From contig JAFWDK010000029.1 of the NCBI GenBank assembly GCA_017513085.1, forward strand, positions 64,001-128,000: a DNA stretch of 64,000 nucleotides, written 5' to 3'. Source of the DNA: Clostridiales bacterium. Its GTDB lineage: Bacteria > Bacillota > Clostridia > Saccharofermentanales > Saccharofermentanaceae. A program made the position numbers and the translations under genes. Position 1 is the stretch's first letter. Each line of letters begins with the position of its first letter. This document shows, piece after piece, positions 46,731 through 54,696 of the stretch. The notes below the pieces were generated by a model. The model did no database searches. It saw nothing but the letters and a program-made list of their open reading frames with translations, and was not told the DNA's origin.

Positions 46731-47269
46731 AAGTGAACGCAGAAACGAACGGTAACGCAGACACGGAAGTGGAGAAGCAAACCATTTCTTTTTCAGCCAA
46801 TCCATCCGCTCAGTGGCAAGCCACAAGAGATGTAGAAGTAGTGGAAGAGAAAAAGGCAAGCAGAGCATTCGGCATGCCACCGAACGCGGAAGAATCGGGC
46901 GGTAGCCCGAACCCACTCGAAAGACACAGTTCCACCGGGAAGAAAATCACCCGGAAAAGAAGCAAAAATCTGTCGATCCATCTCACTCCAAAGGAGAAAG
47001 ATGTTATCGTCACAGGAGCCAGGAAAGCGAAAAAGACCGTCACGGATTTCATCTTGGATTCCGTTCGAGGTGCAGAATTTATTGTGTGCGATGATCTTCA
47101 CCCGATGCTTCTGGAAGAGAAACGAATCGGAAACAACATCAATCAGATTGCAAGGAAGATCAACTCCGGCGAAGTGCAAGCTCAAAACTTCGAAGAACTT
47201 GCGAGAGAATTGAAGCTTCTGAACGCATCTCTGTATATGATCGTGAGGCGATTCTATGGCGACAGTTAA
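46661..47269 (+). CDS. mobC: MobC relaxosome accessory protein (start uncertain)
   Basis: RHH-like RKRSKNLSIHLTPKEK and KRIGNNINQIARKINSG; overlaps the relaxase start. Confidence 0.82.
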   Translation: MRDDVTMKNTHPLQESVTASQASQVNAETNGNADTEVEKQTISFSANPSAQWQATRDVEVVEEKKASRAFGMPPNAEESGGSPNPLERHSSTGKKITRKRSKNLSIHLTPKEKDVIVTGARKAKKTVTDFILDSVRGAEFIVCDDLHPMLLEEKRIGNNINQIARKINSGEVQAQNFEELARELKLLNASLYMIVRRFYGDS

Positions 47270-48623
47270 CTACATTCAAGAGAAGACTCAGTCCGCATCG
47301 GTCATGAAAAAAGTCATCGACTACTGCTCCCGGGAAGATAAAACCATCGATCAGAAGAGCGGGATCCGGTACCTTAGCGGTGTAAATTGTGATGGAACAA
47401 ATGCATACGAAGACTTCATCGCAACGAAGATGCTCCATCAGAAAATGAGCGGATTCATGTTCTATCACTACGATCAATCATTCCATCCGGATGAGGATAT
47501 TGCTCATGATAAAGCACATGAAATCGCGAAAGAGTTTGCTGAAAAAGCATGGCCGGGACACGAAGTTCTGGTCGCCACCCACTGTGATGCGAAGCATATT
47601 CACTCGCATTTTGTAGTGAACTCTGTCAGTTTCAGAGATGGAAAGAAGCTGCATCAGACACCGAACACCCTTAAAGAATTGCGGGAACTGAGTGATGAGG
47701 TCTGTCAGAAATACGGCCTATCTACCCTACCGCCGAAGCAGAAAAAGAAAGCAAAAGACATGAGTGCGCGAGAGTACAGAGCCGTGGATCGCATGATGAG
47801 CTGGAAGATGAGGCTGATTGCTGCGATCAATACGGTTATGACAAAAGTGAAAACGAAAGACGAATTTGTGAAGTTCATGAAAGACCTCGGATACGATGTC
47901 GCGTGGACGGACAGCAGAAAGTATATCACCTACACTACCCCGGATGGGTACCGGTGTAGAGATAACCGGCTGCATAAAGATAAATATTTAAAGGAGCACA
48001 TGGAATATGAATTCAGAATACGAGAAGAAATTCAACGACGCGATGAACGCGTGCATGCAGGATCTGAAGACCGCGGAAAAAGGGACAGCATTCTTTACTA
48101 TCAGCGAAGAGAACTGGAAAGCTCTCGTCCGGGTATTGAGATCACAGGCTACGCTGATAGACACGATCAGATTCACCATAAAGAATGTAGCAACGAGCGA
48201 TGTCCTGAAATGGTATCTGGAACAGACGATGAGCATCCATACGGGAAACGAGACAGCTTGGAAGGACGAACTGAAAACGCAGGCGAAATCGTGGAACGAA
48301 GAGTGGAGAACCAGAGCGATGACCTATCAGGAGGAACTGACGAAACAGGTTGGGAAGCAGAACGAGAAATTTGCTTTGGATATGGAGAAAGTAAAGCAGG
48401 AACTCCAGAACCAGATGCAGGAGAAGACAGAGAGGCTGTACCACCGGCTCCTGTTCCCGTGTCTGCTTACGACATTGTTGGCGTCAGTGCTAACCTTGCT
48501 GCAGATCTTGTAGGCATCATTGATTCTCGACCCAGGGAAGATGGGACACCCCATCCCCGACCTGTGAGAGAACGGAAGAACAAACAAAAAGACGATCGGG
48601 ATGGTCCGATCATGAGTATGTAA
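47256..48623 (+). CDS. Relaxase/mobilization nuclease (MOBP-type)
   Basis: VIDY, HYDQSF, HEVLVATHCDAKHIHSHFVVNSV HUH motif. Confidence 0.93.
   Translation: MATVNYIQEKTQSASVMKKVIDYCSREDKTIDQKSGIRYLSGVNCDGTNAYEDFIATKMLHQKMSGFMFYHYDQSFHPDEDIAHDKAHEIAKEFAEKAWPGHEVLVATHCDAKHIHSHFVVNSVSFRDGKKLHQTPNTLKELRELSDEVCQKYGLSTLPPKQKKKAKDMSAREYRAVDRMMSWKMRLIAAINTVMTKVKTKDEFVKFMKDLGYDVAWTDSRKYITYTTPDGYRCRDNRLHKDKYLKEHMEYEFRIREEIQRRDERVHAGSEDRGKRDSILYYQRRELESSRPGIEITGYADRHDQIHHKECSNERCPEMVSGTDDEHPYGKRDSLEGRTENAGEIVERRVENQSDDLSGGTDETGWEAEREICFGYGESKAGTPEPDAGEDREAVPPAPVPVSAYDIVGVSANLAADLVGIIDSRPREDGTPHPRPVRERKNKQKDDRDGPIMSM
48007..48513 (+). CDS. Overlapping-frame coiled-coil protein with C-terminal TM (MobB-like)
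   Basis: 168-aa ORF nested in the relaxase C-tail; AAGGAG upstream; ends LLFPCLLTTLLASVLTLLQIL. Confidence 0.6.
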   Translation: MNSEYEKKFNDAMNACMQDLKTAEKGTAFFTISEENWKALVRVLRSQATLIDTIRFTIKNVATSDVLKWYLEQTMSIHTGNETAWKDELKTQAKSWNEEWRTRAMTYQEELTKQVGKQNEKFALDMEKVKQELQNQMQEKTERLYHRLLFPCLLTTLLASVLTLLQIL

Positions 48624-48640
48624 GAAAGGAGGCCGATACT

Positions 48641-48841
48641 ATGCCAAAAGAAGTACCTGTATGGGAGAAGTACGCTTTGACAATCCGGGAAGCAGCGAAG
48701 TATTTCCATATTGGAGAAACAAAGATGCGACAGATCGTGGATGAAAACAAAGATTCCGACTTTGTAGTCATGCTTGGCAACCGGGCCATGATCAAAAGAA
48801 AGTGCTTCGAAAAGTATCTTGATCAGGCAAAAGTCCTGTGA
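48641..48841 (+). CDS. xis: Tn916-type excisionase
   Basis: VPVWEKYALTIREAAKYFHIGETKMR..GNRAMIKRKCFEKYL; RBS AAGGAGG. Confidence 0.9.
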   Translation: MPKEVPVWEKYALTIREAAKYFHIGETKMRQIVDENKDSDFVVMLGNRAMIKRKCFEKYLDQAKVL

Positions 48842-48861
48842 GAATTGAGGATGGTTTTTTG

Positions 48862-48887
48862 AAAATAAACACCAAATAAACACCAAA
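48862..48887. repeat. Putative arm-type sites, right end of B
   Basis: AAAATAAACACCAAATAAACACCAAA, identical to 36571-36596. Confidence 0.75.
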
Positions 48888-48969
48888 TCGGCAAAATACG
48901 ATGATTCCCAAGAGAAAAAACAAAGAAATGAAAAACCCCGAAACCTTTGCGGTATCGGGGTTTTCTTTC

Positions 48970-49045
48970 TGGAGCCGATTGCGAGACTCGAACTCGCGAC
49001 CTGCTGATTACAAATCAGCTGCTCTACCAACTGAGCTAAGTCGGC
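48970..49045 (-). tRNA. tRNA-Thr(TGT)
   Basis: GCCGACTTAGCTCAGTTGGTAGAGCAGCTGATTTGTAATCAGCAGGTCGCGAGTTCGAGTCTCGCAATCGGCTCCA, 76-nt cloverleaf with CCA; terminator hairpin at 48934-48962. Confidence 0.97.
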
Positions 49046-49173
49046 ATATCGCCTGCGCTTTTTGTAGCGCAAGAGATATTTTAAGATGTGGGGGTAGGTT
49101 TGTCAAGCCTTTTTTTGAAATTCTGTGTGATCCTGAAATTGCATGCAGGATCACACAGAAGATTGCGTCGGTA

Positions 49174-50790
49174 TTATTTGGCGTCGACATCCACTTTCTG
49201 ATTGATGGTGTAGACTACTGTTTGCGGATCGGCGGCGGCGAAGTAGTAGCATGTGTCCTGGTCTTGAGCTTGAGGATCCAGGTCGTAATAATTTTCACCT
49301 GAAAAACTATCCGGTAAAAAGAGGATCAACAAGTACTCGGTTCCATCAATCGTTGCGGTAGGGTAAGGCTCGAAAAGATAATTTGAAACATCTATGTCAT
49401 ATAGATCCAGGGAATAGAAGATTCCTGTTCCTTCCGTGAACATATTCAAGAGCTGGTCATAATGTCTGTTGAATGCCGGCATGTCAGATGTTTTAGGTAC
49501 TGCAAAGAAACAGTAATCTCCTTCAATTGCTGGCATCGGAAGATCAAGACCGAAGCTTTCATAAGTATATGTGGAGTCATATTTTTTGACCGGTAAAGAA
49601 TTGCCATTGAAAGTCGCCGTTAAGTTTTTCGGATCGATCCTGAGCATGTTCGGATCATAAGTATAACCACTCAGCGTCTTGATGTGGATCTGGATCTTAT
49701 CTACATCTTTGTGATAGATAGATGGAAGGATATAACAATCGAAAGACTCTTCTGTTATCTGGTCGCCTTCAACAAGAAAATTAGTTAAGACTTGAGGTTG
49801 AGCATAGTTTCCGGTTTCGATATGGGAAAAAGGATCGGCGATGACCTGTCCTTTCTCATCGGTGAGATAGATCTCGAATCCATAAGCATAGAAGTCGGGG
49901 ATATTCGGTCTTTCAAGGATGAGCTTGGTGCCTGTGTTGTAAAGCATCATCTCGAGAATGGTGATCTCTTGCTTCTCATAGGTGAATGACTTGTTGATAC
50001 GATAATACTTGGATGCTTTGCGCACGACATCGTGAAATTCAATATGGAATGAGTCCACGGTGTGCTCCTGATTATATTTTCGGTTTTCTTCATTTTTGGC
50101 AGCGAGTTCAGGGGAAGAGAAGGTATCTTCCTGTGCAAACATATCATACATATCAAAATATGCTTTGGGCTCGCAGTCGAATACGGAAAACTCTATAGCA
50201 AAATCCGTTTTAAGGGGGAGATCATAGAGCTGTACGTAAGACTCTTTACCAAGGTGATAGTTGAAAGATGAAAGGAGCTGTTCTTTTTGAGGGAGTTCGT
50301 CGTCCAGTCTGACAAAGTGGAAATCGCCAAGATAATACTGTTGGGATTCCAGATCCAGATCCGTAAACATATCCATGAAAAAAACAAAGGAAAGATGGTC
50401 CGCAAGAAAAGATTTTACTTCACAATCGATTGTGCCTTTTTCGCCGGAAAAGCGCTTGTGAACTTCGGTGAAATCCCCCGCTTCGATAGCTTCTTTAATA
50501 TCATCGCTGAGCGCTTCACGGATGTCGGAACGAAGGATCAGAGCGGAACTGAATTTGCCGAGAACCGGGAGATCCGTAGCGGTTCTGGCAAACGTCAGCG
50601 ATGCGTTTACCCCGATAAAGAGTGTGACAAAAAGCAATGCGGCAACGGAAAGTGCCACTTTCCCTGCAAATGCGATGTTATGGCGAGTCTTCCGCTTCTT
50701 GGTTTTTTCTACGATCGTTTCCATATTCAGGCGATCTGGTATACGTTGTGCTTCGAAAGCCAGCTCGTTCAATTTATCTTCTATGTTCAT
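49174..50790 (-). CDS. Anti-sigma factor (DUF4179/RsiV-like N-terminus)
   Basis: Overlaps the sigma stop; TM followed by VNASLTFARTATDLPVLG and a large external region. Confidence 0.72.
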   Translation of the reverse strand: MNIEDKLNELAFEAQRIPDRLNMETIVEKTKKRKTRHNIAFAGKVALSVAALLFVTLFIGVNASLTFARTATDLPVLGKFSSALILRSDIREALSDDIKEAIEAGDFTEVHKRFSGEKGTIDCEVKSFLADHLSFVFFMDMFTDLDLESQQYYLGDFHFVRLDDELPQKEQLLSSFNYHLGKESYVQLYDLPLKTDFAIEFSVFDCEPKAYFDMYDMFAQEDTFSSPELAAKNEENRKYNQEHTVDSFHIEFHDVVRKASKYYRINKSFTYEKQEITILEMMLYNTGTKLILERPNIPDFYAYGFEIYLTDEKGQVIADPFSHIETGNYAQPQVLTNFLVEGDQITEESFDCYILPSIYHKDVDKIQIHIKTLSGYTYDPNMLRIDPKNLTATFNGNSLPVKKYDSTYTYESFGLDLPMPAIEGDYCFFAVPKTSDMPAFNRHYDQLLNMFTEGTGIFYSLDLYDIDVSNYLFEPYPTATIDGTEYLLILFLPDSFSGENYYDLDPQAQDQDTCYYFAAADPQTVVYTINQKVDVDAK

Positions 50791-51374
50791 GTTTCTTCTC
50801 CTCCAAGATCAATGCGTAAAAGGTCAAGTGCCCGGCGGACACGAGTGCCGACAGTACCTATCGGAATGTCCAGCATTTCGGCGATCTCTTTTGTGGCGTA
50901 GCCTGCGAAATACTTGAGTGAAATGATTTTCTGAAGATCATCGGGTAACCTGGATAGAGCTTCGCTCAGTTCAAGTCTGCTTATGGAAGGTTCGAGAACG
51001 GGTTCGTGATCCACCACATATTCTTCAAAACTCCTGTGTTTCTTCGCTTTCTTGTACTGCGTCGCGCAGAGATTCAACAAGATCCGGATCATCCACGTCT
51101 CGAAGAAATCTTCGTTCTTCAAGGTCTTTTTCTTCAAGTATCCGCGATAGATTGCGTCGTCTACGAGATCACAGGCCGTGGTCTCGCTGCAGAAATACGA
51201 GTAGGCGATGGCATACATTTTCTGCCGTATTTTTTCGACTCTACTGAAAAAAACATCATCATTCATGACTGATTCTTTTCCCTTTTTCTTGCTTCGGACG
51301 TCGTCTTTGCCCCGGGATCTTATGGAATCATCCTGTTCCAATACTACTTCATTGTTCATAATCTGCTCCTGCAT
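50787..51374 (-). CDS. ECF sigma factor (SigV-like, distinct from the island paralogs)
   Basis: FFETWMIRILLN, TKEIAEMLDIPIGTVGTRVRRA; start could be ATG 51266. Confidence 0.88.
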   Translation of the reverse strand: MQEQIMNNEVVLEQDDSIRSRGKDDVRSKKKGKESVMNDDVFFSRVEKIRQKMYAIAYSYFCSETTACDLVDDAIYRGYLKKKTLKNEDFFETWMIRILLNLCATQYKKAKKHRSFEEYVVDHEPVLEPSISRLELSEALSRLPDDLQKIISLKYFAGYATKEIAEMLDIPIGTVGTRVRRALDLLRIDLGGEET

Positions 51375-51548
51375 CTTTTATCCGGATAAAGTGGTGTGTT
51401 GCGCGTCTTTGATAGGAGGCGCTTCGTGTACTTCAATAATTAGACAATTCAACAGGGCATTTTTTTCTCGGAGGAGAAAAATTATTTATATGATAACAGA
51501 AAAAACACAAAAAGAGGGAAAAAGTATTGGGAGAAGTGCTTTTGCCAC

Positions 51549-51640
51549 TTGACGAGGGACGGACCATGTAGTAACATTATCAGGCACGTGAAGTCCGGTT
51601 TGGCATACGTGGTGAACGAAATTACGCGCCAGACCTTTGA
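51549..51640 (+). promoter_or_regulatory. rpmE promoter and structured 5' leader
   Basis: TTGACG-17-TAACAT; stem GGTTTGGC/GCCAGACC in the leader. Confidence 0.55.
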
Positions 51641-51656
51641 TTGAGAGGTGAAAGAA

Positions 51657-51863
51657 ATGAAAGAAGGCATCCATCCGAAGACACAGGTTGTCACCGTAAA
51701 GTGCGCATGCGGCGAGACTTTCGAGACAACTTCCACAAAGAGCAGCCTGCGTGTTGACATCTGCTCCAAGTGCCACCCGTTCTACACAGGTAAGCAGAAG
51801 CTCGTAGATACAGGCGGACGTATCGATAAGTTTAAGAAGAGAATGAACCAGGGTCAGAACTGA
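51657..51863 (+). CDS. rpmE: 50S ribosomal protein L31 (Zn-binding type)
   Basis: [26 protein letters not shown]. Confidence 0.97.
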   Translation: MKEGIHPKTQVVTVKCACGETFETTSTKSSLRVDICSKCHPFYTGKQKLVDTGGRIDKFKKRMNQGQN

Positions 51864-51887
51864 TCATTCCGGTTAAAGAGAACTTTC

Positions 51888-51920
51888 AAAGGTCGTTTCA
51901 ATTCGAAACGACCTTTTTTT
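51888..51920 (+). terminator. Intrinsic terminator after rpmE
   Basis: AAAGGTCGTTTC-AATTC-GAAACGACCTTT followed by a T run. Confidence 0.85.
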
Positions 51921-51998
51921 CGTGCGCGAGGTAGTCCGCTTCGGGAATATCTGTTAGAATGGGTAGTGATGTGTATCCGTATTTAGAAAGGGTAACCT

Positions 51999-53417
51999 AT
52001 GAGCGAAAACAATGAAAATGTAAATAGCGGAATGCCGGCGGCTGAAAGTTCGCCGGATGAGGCGGCTTCGGCGTTTACTCCTGAGCAGGAGGCCGTCGAG
52101 ACAAGATTCCTGATCGAACAGGAAGAAGCGCAGCATGCGGCACAAGCTGCTGAGCCGGTGATTGAGGCTGCGAAAGATGCGGAACCTGCATTGGAAGTGC
52201 AGCCGCAGGACCAGGAAGTGCAGAAGACAGCCCCGATGCAGGCGGCACCACATGTGAAGCCGAAGAAGACGACTATCGGTGGTCAGGCCCTGATCGAGGG
52301 CATCATGATGTGCGGTCCGAGAAGAACGTCCATCGCAGTCAGGAAAGCGGATGGTTCTATCTATGTGGAAGAAATAAAGAAGAGCACCAGCGAAACATTC
52401 TTCGAAAAAGTGCCTTTTGTTCGAGGATGTATCCGTTTCTTCCGTCAGTTGGTGACAGGTACCGCCGCGATGATGAAGTCGGCAGAGATCTCCGAACAGG
52501 GCGCCCCCGCTGAGGAGAACGAGGCTTCAGAACTCCTGAATCATGAAACAGAAACGATCAAGACTGTATCGGATGCGGCAGAAGCAGTTGCTTCCGATAC
52601 GATCAAAGAGGTAAAAGAAGTCAGTGATACCGACGATATTGCCGCGACAGACGATTTGAATATTTCCGCGATCTCCGAGGAGACGGCCGGAAAGAAGAAC
52701 ACGGCGGGCGACATGAAGAGCGCGAAAGGCGAGAGCAAGCTGGACAAGTGGGTAAACAAACATAGCGATGGTGTTATGGTCTTTGCTGCTGTTCTCGGCC
52801 TGGCTTTCAGTATCATGCTCTTTATTCTTCTCCCGCGTCTTATCGTGGATGGTATCCTGGGTTTGTTTGCCGCAGAGCGCTCGGATTCGGTCGGACTGAA
52901 TGTGGGATTGAACTTTGTGGAAGGATTCCTTCGTATCATCATCTTCCTTTTGTACCTGATCTTTACGTCAAAAATCAAGGATATCGCGCGCGTTTGGATG
53001 TACCACGGCGCCGAGCACAAGACCATCGCCTGCTACGAGGCCGGCGAGATGCTGACTGTGGAAAACGTTAAGAAATTCAGCCGCTTCCATCCGCGTTGCG
53101 GTACGGCTTTCCTTTTCATCGTCGTTTTGATCTCGATCCTTGTATTCTGCGTAGCAAGCGTATTTATCGGTGTCAACGTATGGTGGATCAACCTTCTGAT
53201 CCGACTGGCTCTGGTGCCGCTGATCGGTGGTATATCCTTTGAGATCCTCCGCTTTACCGGCCGCCACGACCAGAATCCCGTATGCAAGATCTTCATCGCG
53301 CCGGGACTGTGGCTGCAGAGATTTACTACCAGAGAACCGAATGACAGCATGATCGAAGTGGCGATCGCCGCGATGTCAGCAGTTATTCCGGAAAACAGCA
53401 AAGAGGATATCTGGTGA
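51999..53417 (+). CDS. DUF1385 membrane protein
   Basis: IGGQALIEGIMM, YHGAEHK, RFHPRCGTAF, LQRFTTREP; acidic N-terminal extension and insertion. Confidence 0.9.
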   Translation: MSENNENVNSGMPAAESSPDEAASAFTPEQEAVETRFLIEQEEAQHAAQAAEPVIEAAKDAEPALEVQPQDQEVQKTAPMQAAPHVKPKKTTIGGQALIEGIMMCGPRRTSIAVRKADGSIYVEEIKKSTSETFFEKVPFVRGCIRFFRQLVTGTAAMMKSAEISEQGAPAEENEASELLNHETETIKTVSDAAEAVASDTIKEVKEVSDTDDIAATDDLNISAISEETAGKKNTAGDMKSAKGESKLDKWVNKHSDGVMVFAAVLGLAFSIMLFILLPRLIVDGILGLFAAERSDSVGLNVGLNFVEGFLRIIIFLLYLIFTSKIKDIARVWMYHGAEHKTIACYEAGEMLTVENVKKFSRFHPRCGTAFLFIVVLISILVFCVASVFIGVNVWWINLLIRLALVPLIGGISFEILRFTGRHDQNPVCKIFIAPGLWLQRFTTREPNDSMIEVAIAAMSAVIPENSKEDIW

Positions 53418-54358
53418 CACTTCGCGAGTATCTGCAAGAAAAAACGGAACTTCTAACTGAGTCGGCCATTCCCGATGCGGAAAATGAAGTGTGGGTCATT
53501 CTTTTGACGTGCACAGGCCGAAGCAAGGCGGAGCTCCGTTTTTTGTTGCCTGATTCTGTGGAAGAAGCATTTCCGTCTGAGGTCCGAGTGTATTTGGAGG
53601 AGGTTTTCCGTCGTCGTGCGGGGCACGAGCCATTAGCCTATATTGTAGGACATGCGCCATTTTATGACATGGAGTTTTCTGTCGGAAAAGGCGTCCTGAT
53701 CCCCCGCTTCGATAGTGAGATCCTGGTGGAAACCGCGCTGGCATGTCTGGGTTTTTCGGAATTCACGGTAGGCATTCCATCCGAAACTCCCGTGGTTTCC
53801 TGTTGGAACAAAAAAAGCATCGAGCCGGTGGTGATCTTTGATCTCTGCACGGGATCCGGGATCCTTGGCATCACCTTGGCACACCAGTTGGCTGCCAAAC
53901 AAATACCCTGCCGGGTGACCCTGACAGAGATTTCGCAAGACGCGGCTGCTTTTGCCCAAAAGAATGTGGAAACACTGATCGGTAAACAAAGCCGGACAGA
54001 CGTCAAAGTCGAGATCGCAGACCTTTGGCCGCAAACGGCAGAGAAAGCGGATCTCATTATATCGAATCCGCCATACATCCCCCAAAGCCAGATGCAGGGG
54101 CTTTTGCCGGAAGTTAAAGAACATGAGCCGGCATTGGCTCTGACAGATGGAGGGGACGGGCTTTCTATGTATCGAAGGATCTTTTCCGGTGTTGGCCGCT
54201 ATTTGAAGACCGGTGGGGCATTACTGCTCGAGCATGGGTTCGATCAGGCCCAGGCGGTTCGTGAACTGGCAGGAGAGCGCTGGGAGAAGATCACATGTAT
54301 ACAGGATTACGGGCAGCAGGACCGCGTGACATGCGGCATTTATCGTGGGGAGGCGTAA
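53414..54358 (+). CDS. prmC: Release factor glutamine methyltransferase
   Basis: EPLAYIVG, VLIPRFDSE, DLCTGSG, SNPPYI, EPALALTDGGDGL. Confidence 0.93.
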   Translation: MTLREYLQEKTELLTESAIPDAENEVWVILLTCTGRSKAELRFLLPDSVEEAFPSEVRVYLEEVFRRRAGHEPLAYIVGHAPFYDMEFSVGKGVLIPRFDSEILVETALACLGFSEFTVGIPSETPVVSCWNKKSIEPVVIFDLCTGSGILGITLAHQLAAKQIPCRVTLTEISQDAAAFAQKNVETLIGKQSRTDVKVEIADLWPQTAEKADLIISNPPYIPQSQMQGLLPEVKEHEPALALTDGGDGLSMYRRIFSGVGRYLKTGGALLLEHGFDQAQAVRELAGERWEKITCIQDYGQQDRVTCGIYRGEA

Positions 54359-54359
54359 G

Positions 54360-54569
54360 ATGCAAGGACAGTTCTTTTTATATCCGTATCAAGAAGGTCA
54401 GGTCGTGACCATGAAGAAGAGTCACCCGTGTGGAGGCAAAACATGGAAACTGCTGCGTGTCGGAGCCGAAGTGCTCATGGCGTGCGAGACGTGCGGACAT
54501 AAGATGACCATGAAGCGAAGTGCGCTCGAAAAGGCTTGCACGAAGGTCAGCGATTCGCAGAATTCATAA
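54360..54569 (+). CDS. DUF951 family protein
   Basis: MKKSHPCGGKTWKLLRVGA..CETCGH. Confidence 0.85.
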   Translation: MQGQFFLYPYQEGQVVTMKKSHPCGGKTWKLLRVGAEVLMACETCGHKMTMKRSALEKACTKVSDSQNS

Positions 54570-54696
54570 AAAAATAAAACGCGATTTTTAAACCCCTGAA
54601 ATCTCTGTGTAACAAGGAAACTTGGATTTCATGGTAAAATACATTGACGGCTATATATCCTTTGCCGGGCACAAGCGACATTAGAAGGAGAGTTCT

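Larger units (their letters stand above)
36411..49015. mobile_element. Element B: integrative mobilizable element (IME) at tRNA-Thr
   Basis: 46-bp direct repeats, matching arm repeats at both ends, tyrosine integrase, Xis, relaxase, MobC, AAA helicase; no T4SS genes. Confidence 0.92.

Noticed and set aside
36411-49015. Self-transmissible ICE or prophage
   Set aside because: No VirB4, coupling protein, capsid, terminase or tail genes
48467-49302. ORFs 48467-49072(-) and 48901-49302(+)
   Set aside because: They run through the tRNA, att and terminator; spurious
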